Positions 1 through 10,210 of a stretch of 64,000 nucleotides of DNA are shown piece after piece. The DNA comes from an uncultured Pelagibacteraceae bacterium (GTDB lineage Bacteria > Pseudomonadota > Alphaproteobacteria > Pelagibacterales > Pelagibacteraceae). The notes under the pieces were generated by a model, which had not been told where the DNA came from, did not search any database, and saw only the letters and a program-made list of their open reading frames with translations. The stretch is from NCBI GenBank assembly GCA_902537895.1, contig CACBCU010000001.1:55087-119086 (forward strand). The letters are read 5' to 3'. The position numbers and the translations under genes are program-made. Numbering within the stretch: the first letter of the stretch is position 1; each line of letters starts with the position of its first letter.

Positions 1-505
1 TAAAAGCCAAAGTTCTTAATTGTTCTTCGCTACCTATTGCTACCTCATATATTTTTTCGCAAACTAAAGTTGTTGAATCCCATGGAGTAGTTAATTTAAA
101 TTGCCAAACACCAAAACTAAAAGAGCCAATCCCTTCATTTGTAGTTACAAACATTCTTGTTCCATCAGGGTTAAATTCAATTGAATGAGGGTAATTCATT
201 TGACCAACTCCCTCAGCTGCACATGTCAATGCAGTTCCTTTTGGCGTCCCTCCTGTAAAAGATATTTTAGCTGTACTTATGTCAAATGGTGTGGTTAGAG
301 AGTATTCAATTAAGTATGCTTTTTTATTATTCGGTGCAGACTCCCGATTAGTTATATACATTCTTGTTCCGTCCGGCTTAAAGTTTATTCCTCTAATACC
401 AGGTGTATCTGATGAAACATCTTTTGTTTGTACAAAAGTAAATTCAGCATATGAGTTCTGACTAAAAATTAGAAAAAAAAATATAAATAGAGTGTATCTA
501 ATCAT
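1..505 (-). CDS. Secreted beta-propeller-repeat protein (partial, runs off window start)
   Basis: Manual translation from ATG at 505: MIRYTLFIFFFLIFSQNSYA (signal peptide), then repeats FKPDGTRMYI..YSLTTPFDIST and FNPDGTRMFV..FKLTTPWDSTT; frame open to position 1; absent from ORF track. Confidence 0.8.
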   Translation of the reverse strand, partial: MIRYTLFIFFFLIFSQNSYAEFTFVQTKDVSSDTPGIRGINFKPDGTRMYITNRESAPNNKKAYLIEYSLTTPFDISTAKISFTGGTPKGTALTCAAEGVGQMNYPHSIEFNPDGTRMFVTTNEGIGSFSFGVWQFKLTTPWDSTTLVCEKIYEVAIGSEEQLRTLAF

Positions 506-598
506 TTATCTCAAATAGGTGTTAATTATCCACTAAAAGTATTTTTTTCAACTAATAATATAATTGATATTTAGAATATCAAAGTTATCTTTCACTTA

Positions 599-1633
599 AT
601 GAGAATAGAAGAAGAGCTTAAATTAGACTACTCTGATGTCTTATTTAGACCTAAAAGAAGCACATTAAAAAGTCGTAAAGATGTAAATCTATTAAGAACT
701 TATCGTTTTAAATATAGTAAAAATGAATGGTCGGGAATTCCAATAATAGCTGCAAATATGGATGGTGTTGGAGAACTTAGTATAGCTGAAAAATTAAATG
801 AGCATGGAATGATTACATGTCTAACTAAACAACACGATGTTAAAAAAATTAAACAAAATAAAAATATAAAGAAAATTTATCAAAACATAGCATTAAGTGT
901 TGGTATTAAAAAAGAGGATTTTCATAACTTGGATAAAGTATTAAAAGAGTTTAGTTTTTTTAAATTTATATGTATAGATGTAGCTAATGGATATACAGAG
1001 CATTTTACTAATTTCATAAAATCTGTAAGAGATAAATATCCAACAAAAACTATCATTGCAGGAAACGTTGTTACCGCAGATATGACACAAGAATTAGTTT
1101 TAAGTGGAGCTGATATTGTAAAAGTTGGTATCGGACCTGGAAGTGTATGTACTACAAGAATACAAACAGGAGTTGGTTATCCTCAATTAAGTGCTGTAAT
1201 TGAATGTGCAGATGCAGCTCATGGTTTGGGTGCACATATTATTGCTGATGGAGGTTGTACTTGTCCTGGTGATGTTGCAAAAGGTTTTGGTGGAGGTGCT
1301 GATTTTGTTATGTTGGGTGGAATGTTAGCAGGACATGACGAAGGAGGTGGAAAAATAATCAAAAAAAATGGCTCAAAATATATCGAATTTTATGGCTCTA
1401 GTTCTGAAGTTGCTAATAAAAAACATTATGGAGGTCTTTCCAATTACAGGAGTAGTGAGGGAAGATCTGTGAAGATTAATTACCGAGGAAAAATTAATGA
1501 TACTATTTTAAATATTCTTGGTGGTGTAAGAAGCAGCTGTACTTACGTTGGTGCACCATCTTTAAAACAACTAAGTAAGTGTACGACTTTTGTAAGAGTT
1601 AGCAATCAGTTTAATGAAACTTTTACGAAATAA
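599..1633 (+). CDS. guaC: GMP reductase
   Basis: [17 protein letters not shown]-terminus, [24 protein letters not shown] catalytic loop, IIADGG. Confidence 0.95.
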   Translation: MRIEEELKLDYSDVLFRPKRSTLKSRKDVNLLRTYRFKYSKNEWSGIPIIAANMDGVGELSIAEKLNEHGMITCLTKQHDVKKIKQNKNIKKIYQNIALSVGIKKEDFHNLDKVLKEFSFFKFICIDVANGYTEHFTNFIKSVRDKYPTKTIIAGNVVTADMTQELVLSGADIVKVGIGPGSVCTTRIQTGVGYPQLSAVIECADAAHGLGAHIIADGGCTCPGDVAKGFGGGADFVMLGGMLAGHDEGGGKIIKKNGSKYIEFYGSSSEVANKKHYGGLSNYRSSEGRSVKINYRGKINDTILNILGGVRSSCTYVGAPSLKQLSKCTTFVRVSNQFNETFTK

Positions 1634-1636
1634 ATT

Positions 1637-1885
1637 TTAGAAAATTAGAAGTCCAAATAATACTAAACCAGTAGAAGCTGCAGCAGAAAAGTATAATTTC
1701 TTCATACTCTCATTTTTCTTTTCATTCTTAACTCTGTTAAGTAAAACATTAATATTTGTACTTTTTGTTTGGTTTTTTATATTGTCTTTAACAAGATATT
1801 TTTCAATTAATTTTTCTTTAACGTTAATACCAGAATTTTTCATCAGACTATTAAACCATGAAAAATTTATATTTGCAAATTTCAT
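1637..1885 (-). CDS. Small hypothetical protein with C-terminal TM anchor
   Basis: 82 aa; NINVLLNRVK motif then hydrophobic C-terminus. Confidence 0.7.
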   Translation of the reverse strand: MKFANINFSWFNSLMKNSGINVKEKLIEKYLVKDNIKNQTKSTNINVLLNRVKNEKKNESMKKLYFSAAASTGLVLFGLLIF

Positions 1886-2097
1886 TATAATGAGAGGTTT
1901 ATCCCTAAAACTCCCAATATTGTGAATAACAATATTAAAATGATAAAATTTTTTTTGAACTCTCTACTCTCGGTCTCTTGAAGTTTTGATTTTAAAATGT
2001 TGATATCAACTCTTCTTTTTAAAGGCTCTCCAGCTTCACTGAAATCATTTGGGGTCTCGATTTCGGTATTTAAATCTGTAAAGCCTTTATTTTTCAT
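1885..2097 (-). CDS. Small hypothetical protein with C-terminal TM anchor
   Basis: 70 aa; DINILKSKLQ motif then hydrophobic C-terminus; 1-nt overlap with the downstream gene. Confidence 0.7.
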   Translation of the reverse strand: MKNKGFTDLNTEIETPNDFSEAGEPLKRRVDINILKSKLQETESREFKKNFIILILLFTILGVLGINLSL

Positions 2098-2210
2098 TTA
2101 ACCTATAAATCATAAAGTATAATTTTTTTCAATTTACGAAAAAGTCCATTATGGGTCTGTATTTAGTTGACATGTGTTCAATTTGGGTCATTAATATCTA
2201 ATTTTAATTT

Positions 2211-3188
2211 ATGGAAGTTAAACAAATAGATTTTTCAAAAACACTCTCAGAGGATCAAGTTTATAATTGTGTTCTACAAAATTATGAAGCCCTAGGTACG
2301 GATTGGATAACACATCAGTGGAATTGGATTAATGGAATCTACACGTCTTTTCAGGATCATATAAAATTTTTGATAATAATTTCCTTAGTTGAAAAAACTT
2401 TAAATTTCTATCATCAAGTTAATATTACACAAAATTATGAACAATATTATGCAAAAGATAATTTACAAATAGATAAGTTTAGTATCTCAGAATTATGTGA
2501 AAAACTTAATTTACCCAAAGAAACTTTGAGACGTAAGGTTTTAGAACTAGAAAAACTAGGTGTTATAAAGAGAAAAAAAAAACAAGTTGAAATTGATAGA
2601 TCTGCTTATGTATATGTTAAACCACATAATCAAATACCACTAACTTCTAAATATCTTGCTAGAGTAGGAGAGCTTTTAAATAAAGAAAAAATATACGATA
2701 AAAAAATCGACAAGAGTAGTTTAGAAAAATTAATAAAAAAAAATTTTACATTATGTTGGAGATGGTATTACAGAATGCAAATTCCATGGATTATTGGTTA
2801 TCAAAAAATGTTTAATGACTTAACGACTGTTCATGTCATAGGAACAATTATGATGCATCAAGCATTAAATACGAAAACATTTCCAAGAGACTTTTCTATA
2901 AATAGAGATAACAGACATTTTGTTGATGATACATTTACTAATCCTCTTCAGTTAACCAAACCAGGTTTAAGTGCTATGTCTATCTCAGAAATGACAAATA
3001 TTCCAAGAGCAACAGTTATAAGAAAGTGTAAATTTTTAATCAAAAAAGGAAATTTAAAAGTTAATGATAAAAAACAATATTTCCTTACAGGAAATAACAG
3101 AGACCAGATACTTAATTATCAATTAGATTTTTTTAAGGAAAAATCAAAATTTATAACAAGAATTTTGAATTTAATTGCAATTTCCTAA
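2211..3188 (+). CDS. Double winged-helix DNA-binding protein (putative regulator)
   Basis: Two HTH-like segments: SISELCEKLNLPKETLRRKVLELEKLG and SAMSISEMTNIPRATVIRKCKFLIKKG. Confidence 0.75.
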   Translation: MEVKQIDFSKTLSEDQVYNCVLQNYEALGTDWITHQWNWINGIYTSFQDHIKFLIIISLVEKTLNFYHQVNITQNYEQYYAKDNLQIDKFSISELCEKLNLPKETLRRKVLELEKLGVIKRKKKQVEIDRSAYVYVKPHNQIPLTSKYLARVGELLNKEKIYDKKIDKSSLEKLIKKNFTLCWRWYYRMQIPWIIGYQKMFNDLTTVHVIGTIMMHQALNTKTFPRDFSINRDNRHFVDDTFTNPLQLTKPGLSAMSISEMTNIPRATVIRKCKFLIKKGNLKVNDKKQYFLTGNNRDQILNYQLDFFKEKSKFITRILNLIAIS

Positions 3189-3231
3189 ATCTTAAATAAA
3201 TTATAGATGAGTACTATTATGCAGAGGGGTC

Positions 3232-4083
3232 ATGGAGATAGTTACGAAAATAGCACCTATCATACTCGCATTAATAATGTTGGGTTTGGGCTTAGGTTTA
3301 AAAGTTGATGATTTTAAGAGAGTATTAAAAACTCCGAAAGATTTTTTTATAGGTTTTTTTTCTCAATTAATTATTCTTCCATTAGTTGCTTACTTATTAA
3401 TTATTATTTTAAAAGTATCACCTGAAATAGCAATTGGAGTTATGATTATCGCTGCTGCACCAGGTGGAGTTACATCTAATATATTAACAAAATTTGCTAA
3501 TGGAGATGTTGCTTTATCTATTTCTCTAACAGCTGTAATTAGTTTAATTTCTATTATTACCGTTCCTCTTATAATTTTTAAATCTGCTGATTTATTTGGA
3601 ATTACTGATATTTCTCAAAATATTTCAATGACTGGTATAGTACTAAAAATGTTTTTGGTTGTAACTGTTCCGGTAATCTTAGGGATGATTATAAGAAAAT
3701 TTGCTGAAAATTTTGTAAATTCGAAAATTCAAATATTTGAAAAACTCAACATAATATTATTTGTTATTTTTTTTATAGCTGCGTTTTATGAAGAAAGAGA
3801 AAGTTTTATAGATTTTCTAATGCAAGCAGGTTTCATTACTTTTGTTCTAAATATAACAATGATGATTGTGGCTTATTACCTTGGTAAAACTTTTGCCTCA
3901 GGAATAAAACAACAAAAATGTATTGCTTTAGAATGTGGATTACAAAATGGTACTTTAGCAATATTTGTTTCTACACAAATATTCGGTACAGATATAGTCT
4001 ACATAACTCCAACAGCTGCATATGCTTTGATTATGTACATCACTGGGTTTATATTTGTTTTTCTTTTAAAAAATAAAGTTTAA
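3232..4083 (+). CDS. Bile acid:sodium symporter (BASS) family transporter
   Basis: IMLGLGL, AAAPGGVTSN, GDVALSISLT, LECGLQNG motifs; multiple TM helices. Confidence 0.9.
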   Translation: MEIVTKIAPIILALIMLGLGLGLKVDDFKRVLKTPKDFFIGFFSQLIILPLVAYLLIIILKVSPEIAIGVMIIAAAPGGVTSNILTKFANGDVALSISLTAVISLISIITVPLIIFKSADLFGITDISQNISMTGIVLKMFLVVTVPVILGMIIRKFAENFVNSKIQIFEKLNIILFVIFFIAAFYEERESFIDFLMQAGFITFVLNITMMIVAYYLGKTFASGIKQQKCIALECGLQNGTLAIFVSTQIFGTDIVYITPTAAYALIMYITGFIFVFLLKNKV

Positions 4084-6524
4084 TTTGTCTTAAAATTGGT
4101 CTGTTTTATTGGTTTATTAATCAATTCAATTTCGTATTTCCTTTTCTCAACCTCGATAAATAATTTACCATCTCTCAATTTTTCATTGGAAAAATCATTT
4201 TTGATATAACCAAAAGTCAGGTTTTTCTTAAAGTTAAAAGAGTAATTTCCTGAAGTTGATCTGCCTATTATCTTATCTTCTAAATAGATAGGCTCGTCAT
4301 GAAGTAATAATGGTTCTCCAGGTTTACTGTCTTTTAAAGTAAACATAGCAAATCTTGTTTTGATCTTCTCATTATTAATTTTTTCAAGAGCTGACTTACC
4401 AATAAAATCTACATTTTTTTTATTACTGATTGTAAAAGATAAACCTGCTTGATATTGATTTTCCTCAGGTGAAATATCATGTCCCCAATGTAGAAATCCA
4501 CTCTCCATTCGCATAATATCCATTGCGTGCATACCACAATTTGAAAGATTATGATCTTTTCCTTTTTCTATAATTAATTCATAAATTTTTTTGGCATCTT
4601 TGGCTTCAACGTAAAGTTCATATCCTAACTCCCCAACATAAGACAATCTCTGTGTCCAAATTTTAACATCCTCGATTGAAATAAATTTTGCTGTTCCAAA
4701 TTTGAAATTTTCATTGTCAAAATTATCTTTACTTAATGAACTTAAAAGATTTCTGCTTTTGGGTCCAAATAAACCAAAAACACAATAATCATCAGTTACA
4801 TCTTTCAATTCAATATCTTTATTTAAATGTTTTTTGATGTGGTGCTTATCTCTTTCTCTTGTTGCGGCAGAACTAATTATTCTAAAATGGTTTTCATCTA
4901 TCGCCACTATAGTTAAATCAGTCTCAATACCTCCATCTGAATTTAACATATGAGTATAGGTACATTTACCAACATCTTTCTTAATATTCGCAGTACAAAT
5001 TCTTTGTAATTCTTGATGGGCTTTATCAGATTTAATTTCAAACTTTGAAAAAGGAGTTAGATCAAATAAACCAACATTTTTTATTGTATTACTTGTTTCA
5101 TACTCAGCTGAGGGATACCAACTTTGATAGTTATAACTATATTCATATTCTGCCTTTTCACCATCTAGTGCAAACCACATGGGTCTTTCATATCCACCAG
5201 AAACACCAAAACAAGCTCCAAAACTTTTCAAATTATCATGATGTGGAAGTTTTTTTATATCTCGAGAAGTTTTGTGTTGTTTAAAGGGCCAATGCATTCC
5301 ATACAAATCTCCTAATGACTCTGTAATCCTTTTTTTGATAAAACCTAATTCTGAATGAAACTTTTGAAATCTTTTTATATCATAACTAAAAATATCTTCA
5401 TTAATATGACCAGTCATCAACCACTCCGCTGTAACTTTACCAACACCACCGCCACTACCAATTCCAATACTATTTAATCCACAACATACAAAAAAATTCT
5501 TAACCTCAGGTACTTCTCCTAATAATGTGTTGGTATCAGGGGTAAAAGATTCAGGTCCTGAAAAAAATTTTCTAATTCCAACAGTTTCTAAAATTGGAAA
5601 TCTTTTAATTGCTGAAGCTAAATAAGGTTCGAAATGTTCAAAATTTTCTTGAAATTCACCAAATGAGAAATCTTCTGGAACTTTATTAGTTTTATTCCAA
5701 GCAGGAATTGAATTTCCTTCAAAAATTCCGACGAGTATTTTTCCTGCATCTTCTTTTATATATGTTCGATTATCAAAATCTCTTACCACTGGTAAAGTTT
5801 TTGATAAATTTTCAATTGGTTCAGTGATTATGTAAAAATGTTCTGCTGGATATAATGGAATACTGACACCAGCTTTTTCTCCTATTTGTCTCGACCACAT
5901 GCCTGAGGCTAAAACAATATATTCACATTCAATTTTTTGGCCTTTGACTTTAACTCCAGAAATTTTTCCATCTTTCGTTAAAATTTCCTCAACTGGTGAT
6001 TTCTCAAAAATTTGTGCCCCTTCCAATCTTGCTGCTTTAGCCAACATATGAGTAACACCTGAAGGATCTGCAGCACCATCGCCTGGCATTAAAATTCCTC
6101 CTATAACTTCATCTGTATTGATTATGGGATAATCTTTTTTAATTTGATCTTTATCTAAAATTCTTACATCAACATCATAAAGTTGTGCTGTGGTTGCTTG
6201 TCTTTGAAGCTCTTGCCATCTGCCTTTATGTTGAGCGATTGAAAGTGCTCCGTTTAATCTTAAACCTGCAGAATGATCAACTTTTTTTTCAAGCTCTTTA
6301 TATAAATCTAAAGTATATTTTCTAATTTTTGTAACTGCTGCTGTTGGACCTAATTGACTTACTAAGCCTGCTGCATGCCAAGTTGTACCTGATGTTAACT
6401 GATCTCTTTCTAAAAGGATTGTGTCTTTCCAACCAAATTTAGCTAAATGATAAGCAACAGAGCAACCTACTACCCCACCTCCTATCACAACAACTTTTGT
6501 GCTACTTGGAAGTTTTTTTTCCAT
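4080..6524 (-). CDS. FAD-dependent oxidoreductase/GcvT fusion (sarcosine/dimethylglycine dehydrogenase family)
   Basis: GGGVVG FAD motif, TSGTTWHAAGLV, GPESFTPD, SYVGELGYEL folate-binding domain; 814 aa. Confidence 0.9.
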   Translation of the reverse strand: MEKKLPSSTKVVVIGGGVVGCSVAYHLAKFGWKDTILLERDQLTSGTTWHAAGLVSQLGPTAAVTKIRKYTLDLYKELEKKVDHSAGLRLNGALSIAQHKGRWQELQRQATTAQLYDVDVRILDKDQIKKDYPIINTDEVIGGILMPGDGAADPSGVTHMLAKAARLEGAQIFEKSPVEEILTKDGKISGVKVKGQKIECEYIVLASGMWSRQIGEKAGVSIPLYPAEHFYIITEPIENLSKTLPVVRDFDNRTYIKEDAGKILVGIFEGNSIPAWNKTNKVPEDFSFGEFQENFEHFEPYLASAIKRFPILETVGIRKFFSGPESFTPDTNTLLGEVPEVKNFFVCCGLNSIGIGSGGGVGKVTAEWLMTGHINEDIFSYDIKRFQKFHSELGFIKKRITESLGDLYGMHWPFKQHKTSRDIKKLPHHDNLKSFGACFGVSGGYERPMWFALDGEKAEYEYSYNYQSWYPSAEYETSNTIKNVGLFDLTPFSKFEIKSDKAHQELQRICTANIKKDVGKCTYTHMLNSDGGIETDLTIVAIDENHFRIISSAATRERDKHHIKKHLNKDIELKDVTDDYCVFGLFGPKSRNLLSSLSKDNFDNENFKFGTAKFISIEDVKIWTQRLSYVGELGYELYVEAKDAKKIYELIIEKGKDHNLSNCGMHAMDIMRMESGFLHWGHDISPEENQYQAGLSFTISNKKNVDFIGKSALEKINNEKIKTRFAMFTLKDSKPGEPLLLHDEPIYLEDKIIGRSTSGNYSFNFKKNLTFGYIKNDFSNEKLRDGKLFIEVEKRKYEIELINKPIKQTNFKTN

Positions 6525-6528
6525 CTAA

Positions 6529-7647
6529 TTAGTTATTGATTGCATCTCCTGGATTAACATATTCATGTCCGAAAACATCTGCAACCGCCTTATAAGTCAC
6601 ATGACCTTTGTGAACGTTTAGTCCTGCTAAAAAGTTTTTATCTTCACCAAGAGCTTTTTGATAACCTTTGTTAGCTAATTTTATTAAATATGGAAGTGTT
6701 GCTTTATTTAATGCAATAGTCGAAGTTCTTGGAACTCCTCCTGGCATGTTCGCTACACAATAATGAACGACATTATCCACTATAAAAGTTGGATCATTAA
6801 ATGTTGTAGGTTTACTTGTTTCTACACATCCACCTTGATCTATAGCAACATCAACAATTACAGAACCTCTTTTCATTAATTTAAGCATATCTTTAGTAAC
6901 TAATTTTGGTGCCTCTGCTCCGGGGATTAAGACCCCACCTACTATTAAGTCAGCTTCAGCTACTAGCTTTTTTAAATCTATTTTGTCACTTTGTTCTGGA
7001 ATAATTTTGTCTCCAAACATTTCAACTAATTGTTTTAGTCTTGCTTCTGATTTATCTACAACATGAACTTTTGCTTTCATACCAGTTGCTATTGTTGCAG
7101 CATTTTCACCTACAACACCTCCACCTAAAATTAAAACATTTGCGGGTTCACCGCCTGGAGCTCCTCCTAATAAAACTCCCCTACCTTTTTGATTTTTTTC
7201 TAGACAATGTGCTCCTGCTTGAACTGACATACGACCAGCTACAGCACTCATAGGTGCTAATAAAGGGAGCCGTCCATTGTCATCTGTAATAGTTTCGTAA
7301 GCAATATTAATACTTTTTGATTTTACCAAACCCTCTGTTAATTCTTTTGCGGCAGCTAGATGTAAATAGGTATAAACAATTTGATTTTCTCTAATCATTT
7401 CAACCTCAACTTTTTGAGGTTCTTTAACTTTAACAATTATTTCAGCATCATTAAAAATGTCAGCAGCTTTTTCTATAATTCTTGCGCCAGCATTTTTGTA
7501 CTGATCATTATCAAAACCTGCTTCAAAGCCTCCATTATTTTCAACTAAAACTTCATGACCCTCTGAAACGAGAGTTTTTACACTATCCGGTGTCAGGCCA
7601 ATTCTATTTTCTTGAGGTTTTATTTCTTTAGGTACGCCAATTCTCAT
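6529..7647 (-). CDS. ald: Alanine dehydrogenase
   Basis: MRIGVPKEIK..ENRIGLTP, YLHLAA, GAEAPKLVT, DVAIDQGGC, VANMPG. Confidence 0.95.
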   Translation of the reverse strand: MRIGVPKEIKPQENRIGLTPDSVKTLVSEGHEVLVENNGGFEAGFDNDQYKNAGARIIEKAADIFNDAEIIVKVKEPQKVEVEMIRENQIVYTYLHLAAAKELTEGLVKSKSINIAYETITDDNGRLPLLAPMSAVAGRMSVQAGAHCLEKNQKGRGVLLGGAPGGEPANVLILGGGVVGENAATIATGMKAKVHVVDKSEARLKQLVEMFGDKIIPEQSDKIDLKKLVAEADLIVGGVLIPGAEAPKLVTKDMLKLMKRGSVIVDVAIDQGGCVETSKPTTFNDPTFIVDNVVHYCVANMPGGVPRTSTIALNKATLPYLIKLANKGYQKALGEDKNFLAGLNVHKGHVTYKAVADVFGHEYVNPGDAINN

Positions 7648-7656
7648 TAACGAAAT

Positions 7657-9003
7657 TTAATTCTTTTTACTCTTTGCGTAATTAGTAATTCCAGTTCTTA
7701 GTTTTTCTATGATTTCATCAATGTGTTTTTTTTCACAAATAAACATTGGTGCTATAATTAAGCAATCACCAGTAGCTTTGAAATTTACTCCTGCATCGTA
7801 ACAATGTTTGAAGGTAGCTAAACCTGCTTTACCGGGTCTACCATCAGTTTTAATATCTATTCCACCCATCATTCCATAACCTCTTATGTTGTCGACAACA
7901 TCAATATCTTTAAGAGAAAATAAACCTTCTTGAAAATAAGGAGCAAGCTCTTTTGCTCTATTAAAAATATCCTCTTTTTCAAAAATATCCTGAACTGCTA
8001 ATGCTGCAGCAACTGAAATTGGAATTCCAGAGTATGTATAGCCATGAAATAATTCTATTGCACCTTTTGGAGAATTATCCATCACTGCATCATAAATTTC
8101 TTCTTTACAAGCGACTACACCAAAAGGGACTATTCCATTAGTTGTTGCTTTTGCCATAGTCATTATGTCAGGTGTTACTCCAAACTCTTGAGCTCCAAAA
8201 GCCGAACCAGTTCTTCCCCAACCCGTAATAACTTCATCAAAAATCAAAAGTATTTTATGTTTGTCGCAAAGTTCTCTTAGTCTTTGTAAATATCCAACTG
8301 GTGGGACTAAAGTTCCTGTTGAACCAGCAATAGGTTCTACAATACAAGCTGCAATATTTTCAGAGCCAAAATTAGTACAAATTCTTTCTAGGTCATTAGC
8401 AATCTCAGCTCCTGTCTCTGGCTGACCTGAGATAAATTTATGTTCATCTAAATGTGTATGTCTCATATGGACAACACCTGGCATCAATACACTTGCATAC
8501 GCCTTAACGTTATTGATCATGCCACCAACTGATGTTGCTCCAATATTCATACCATGGTAAGCACGTTCTCTTCCAACAAATCTAAATCTTTGACCCTCAC
8601 CTCTTGCTTTATGGTAAGCGATACTAATCTTAATTGCAGTTTCTACTGCCGTAGATCCACATATTGTATAAAAAATTTTATTTAGGTTTCCTGGTGTATG
8701 TTTTGAAATTCTTGTTGCTAATTCAAATGAACCACCAAAACCTTGTTGAAAGGGCTGACAATAATCAAGAGTATTTAATTGATTTGTAATTGCCTCTATA
8801 ATTTCTTTTCTTCCATGTCCTAAAGGATTGCAAAATAATCCTGAACTTGCATCAATTTGAGTTTTGCCATGATGATTTTTTAAATAAACACCTTTTGCCT
8901 CAACAATTAATTTTGGATTTTCTTTAAAATCCTTATTAGATGTGAATGGCATCCAATGTTCATTAAGTGAATTAGGTACTGATGTTCTTTTTTCTGAGCT
9001 CAT
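7657..9003 (-). CDS. Class-III PLP aminotransferase (omega-amino acid/taurine:pyruvate type)
   Basis: WMPFTSN, AYHG, LIFDEVITGWGRTG, TMAK, HGYTYSG; co-oriented with ald and divergent from tauABC-like genes. Confidence 0.85.
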   Translation of the reverse strand: MSSEKRTSVPNSLNEHWMPFTSNKDFKENPKLIVEAKGVYLKNHHGKTQIDASSGLFCNPLGHGRKEIIEAITNQLNTLDYCQPFQQGFGGSFELATRISKHTPGNLNKIFYTICGSTAVETAIKISIAYHKARGEGQRFRFVGRERAYHGMNIGATSVGGMINNVKAYASVLMPGVVHMRHTHLDEHKFISGQPETGAEIANDLERICTNFGSENIAACIVEPIAGSTGTLVPPVGYLQRLRELCDKHKILLIFDEVITGWGRTGSAFGAQEFGVTPDIMTMAKATTNGIVPFGVVACKEEIYDAVMDNSPKGAIELFHGYTYSGIPISVAAALAVQDIFEKEDIFNRAKELAPYFQEGLFSLKDIDVVDNIRGYGMMGGIDIKTDGRPGKAGLATFKHCYDAGVNFKATGDCLIIAPMFICEKKHIDEIIEKLRTGITNYAKSKKN

Positions 9004-9074
9004 AATTAAATTTTAAAATACTTAATTAATGAATCCTTAGACTAATTAACTTAAATTAACCACCAAAATAATGT

Positions 9075-9091
9075 CACAACTTTAAGTTGTG
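9075..9091. promoter_or_regulatory. Palindromic candidate operator CACAACT-TTA-AGTTGTG in the divergent promoter
   Basis: Near-perfect 17-bp inverted repeat between the aminotransferase and tauA. Confidence 0.45.
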
Positions 9092-9178
9092 TAACTATTA
9101 TGACCATTTTTTTGTTTTACATATAGGTCAAATTAATCTTAAAATTGAAACATATAAATAAACAAGGAAGAGGCATAA

Positions 9179-10120
9179 ATGAAAAAAATAATTAGTTTTA
9201 TTCTTGGATGTTTTGTAGCTCTAAATCTTTCAATATCTGTTGCTAATTCAGCAGCAAATGAAGTTAGAGTTGCTTACTTCTTAGAGTGGCCAAGTCCAAA
9301 TCTAGAGGATATGATGAAGAAAAACTTCGCAAAAGCTCTAGGAGTTCCAGTAAAGTGGACTAACTTCACTAATGGTGGTGCAATGACTGATGCGATGTTA
9401 GCTGGAGATATAGATATTTCTTATTCTCAAGGTTTAGTTCCATTCATTAACGCTGTAAAATCTAAAGCACCTATCAAATTAGTTGATATAGCTATGGAAT
9501 ACGGAATGGGAGGAACAACTTGTGTTACATCTAATGCATCTGGAATTACAAAAGCCAATGCAACTGAATTAGAAGGTAAAAAAGTTGCTGTTCCACTTGG
9601 GACAATGGCTGAATACGTTTTTGATGAAAGTATGAAAGTTGTTGGAGCGGATAGAAAAAAAATGGATATCATTCAAATGGACCCTGAAGAAGGTGCTGCT
9701 GCTTTAGTTAGTGGTGATGTTGTAATGGCATGTTTGTTTGGTGGTAATTCTATTAAAGCTGCTGTTGCAGTTGGATCTAGATTGCTAACAGTTCAAGAAG
9801 CTAGAGATGCAGGTATTCTAGGGATTGATATTACTTCTGTAACTACAAAGTTTATGAAGGAAAACCCAGGAATGTTAAGAACTTTCATCGAAGTAACTCA
9901 TGAGGCTAATGCAAGATATAGAGCTGGAAAAAGCGATATGAATGCAATGTCAAAAGCTTCAGAAATGAAAATTCCTGACATGAAAGAAACTTTAAGTGGT
10001 TTCAAATTTCTAACTCCAGAGGAAACAAAAAGTTCTATGGAAAGTGGAAATCTTGATGCATTCCTAAAAGGAATGGGAACACCAAGAGGAAACGTCGATA
10101 CAAGTTTCTTACCTTTGTAA
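9179..10120 (+). CDS. tauA: Taurine/sulfonate ABC transporter substrate-binding protein
   Basis: Signal peptide; AYFLEWPSPN, AMLAGDIDISYSQGLVPF, KKVAVPLGTMA; SsuA/TauA-like; RBS AAGGAAG/GAGG. Confidence 0.8.
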   Translation: MKKIISFILGCFVALNLSISVANSAANEVRVAYFLEWPSPNLEDMMKKNFAKALGVPVKWTNFTNGGAMTDAMLAGDIDISYSQGLVPFINAVKSKAPIKLVDIAMEYGMGGTTCVTSNASGITKANATELEGKKVAVPLGTMAEYVFDESMKVVGADRKKMDIIQMDPEEGAAALVSGDVVMACLFGGNSIKAAVAVGSRLLTVQEARDAGILGIDITSVTTKFMKENPGMLRTFIEVTHEANARYRAGKSDMNAMSKASEMKIPDMKETLSGFKFLTPEETKSSMESGNLDAFLKGMGTPRGNVDTSFLPL

Positions 10121-10140
10121 TTTAAAGGTAATTAAAATTT

Positions 10141-10182
10141 AAATAGGCGCCAATTTTTTATTAAATTGGTGCCTATTTTTTT
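10141..10182 (+). terminator. 16-bp stem-loop with U-tract between SBP and ATPase genes
   Basis: AAATAGGCGCCAATTT-TTTATT-AAATTGGTGCCTATTT followed by a T run. Confidence 0.75.
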
Positions 10183-10210
10183 ACTATAAATTCTAATATA
10201 AAGTGAACAA

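Noticed and set aside
279-461. 60-aa + strand ORF from the track
   Set aside because: Antisense shadow of the signal-peptide repeat protein on the minus strand
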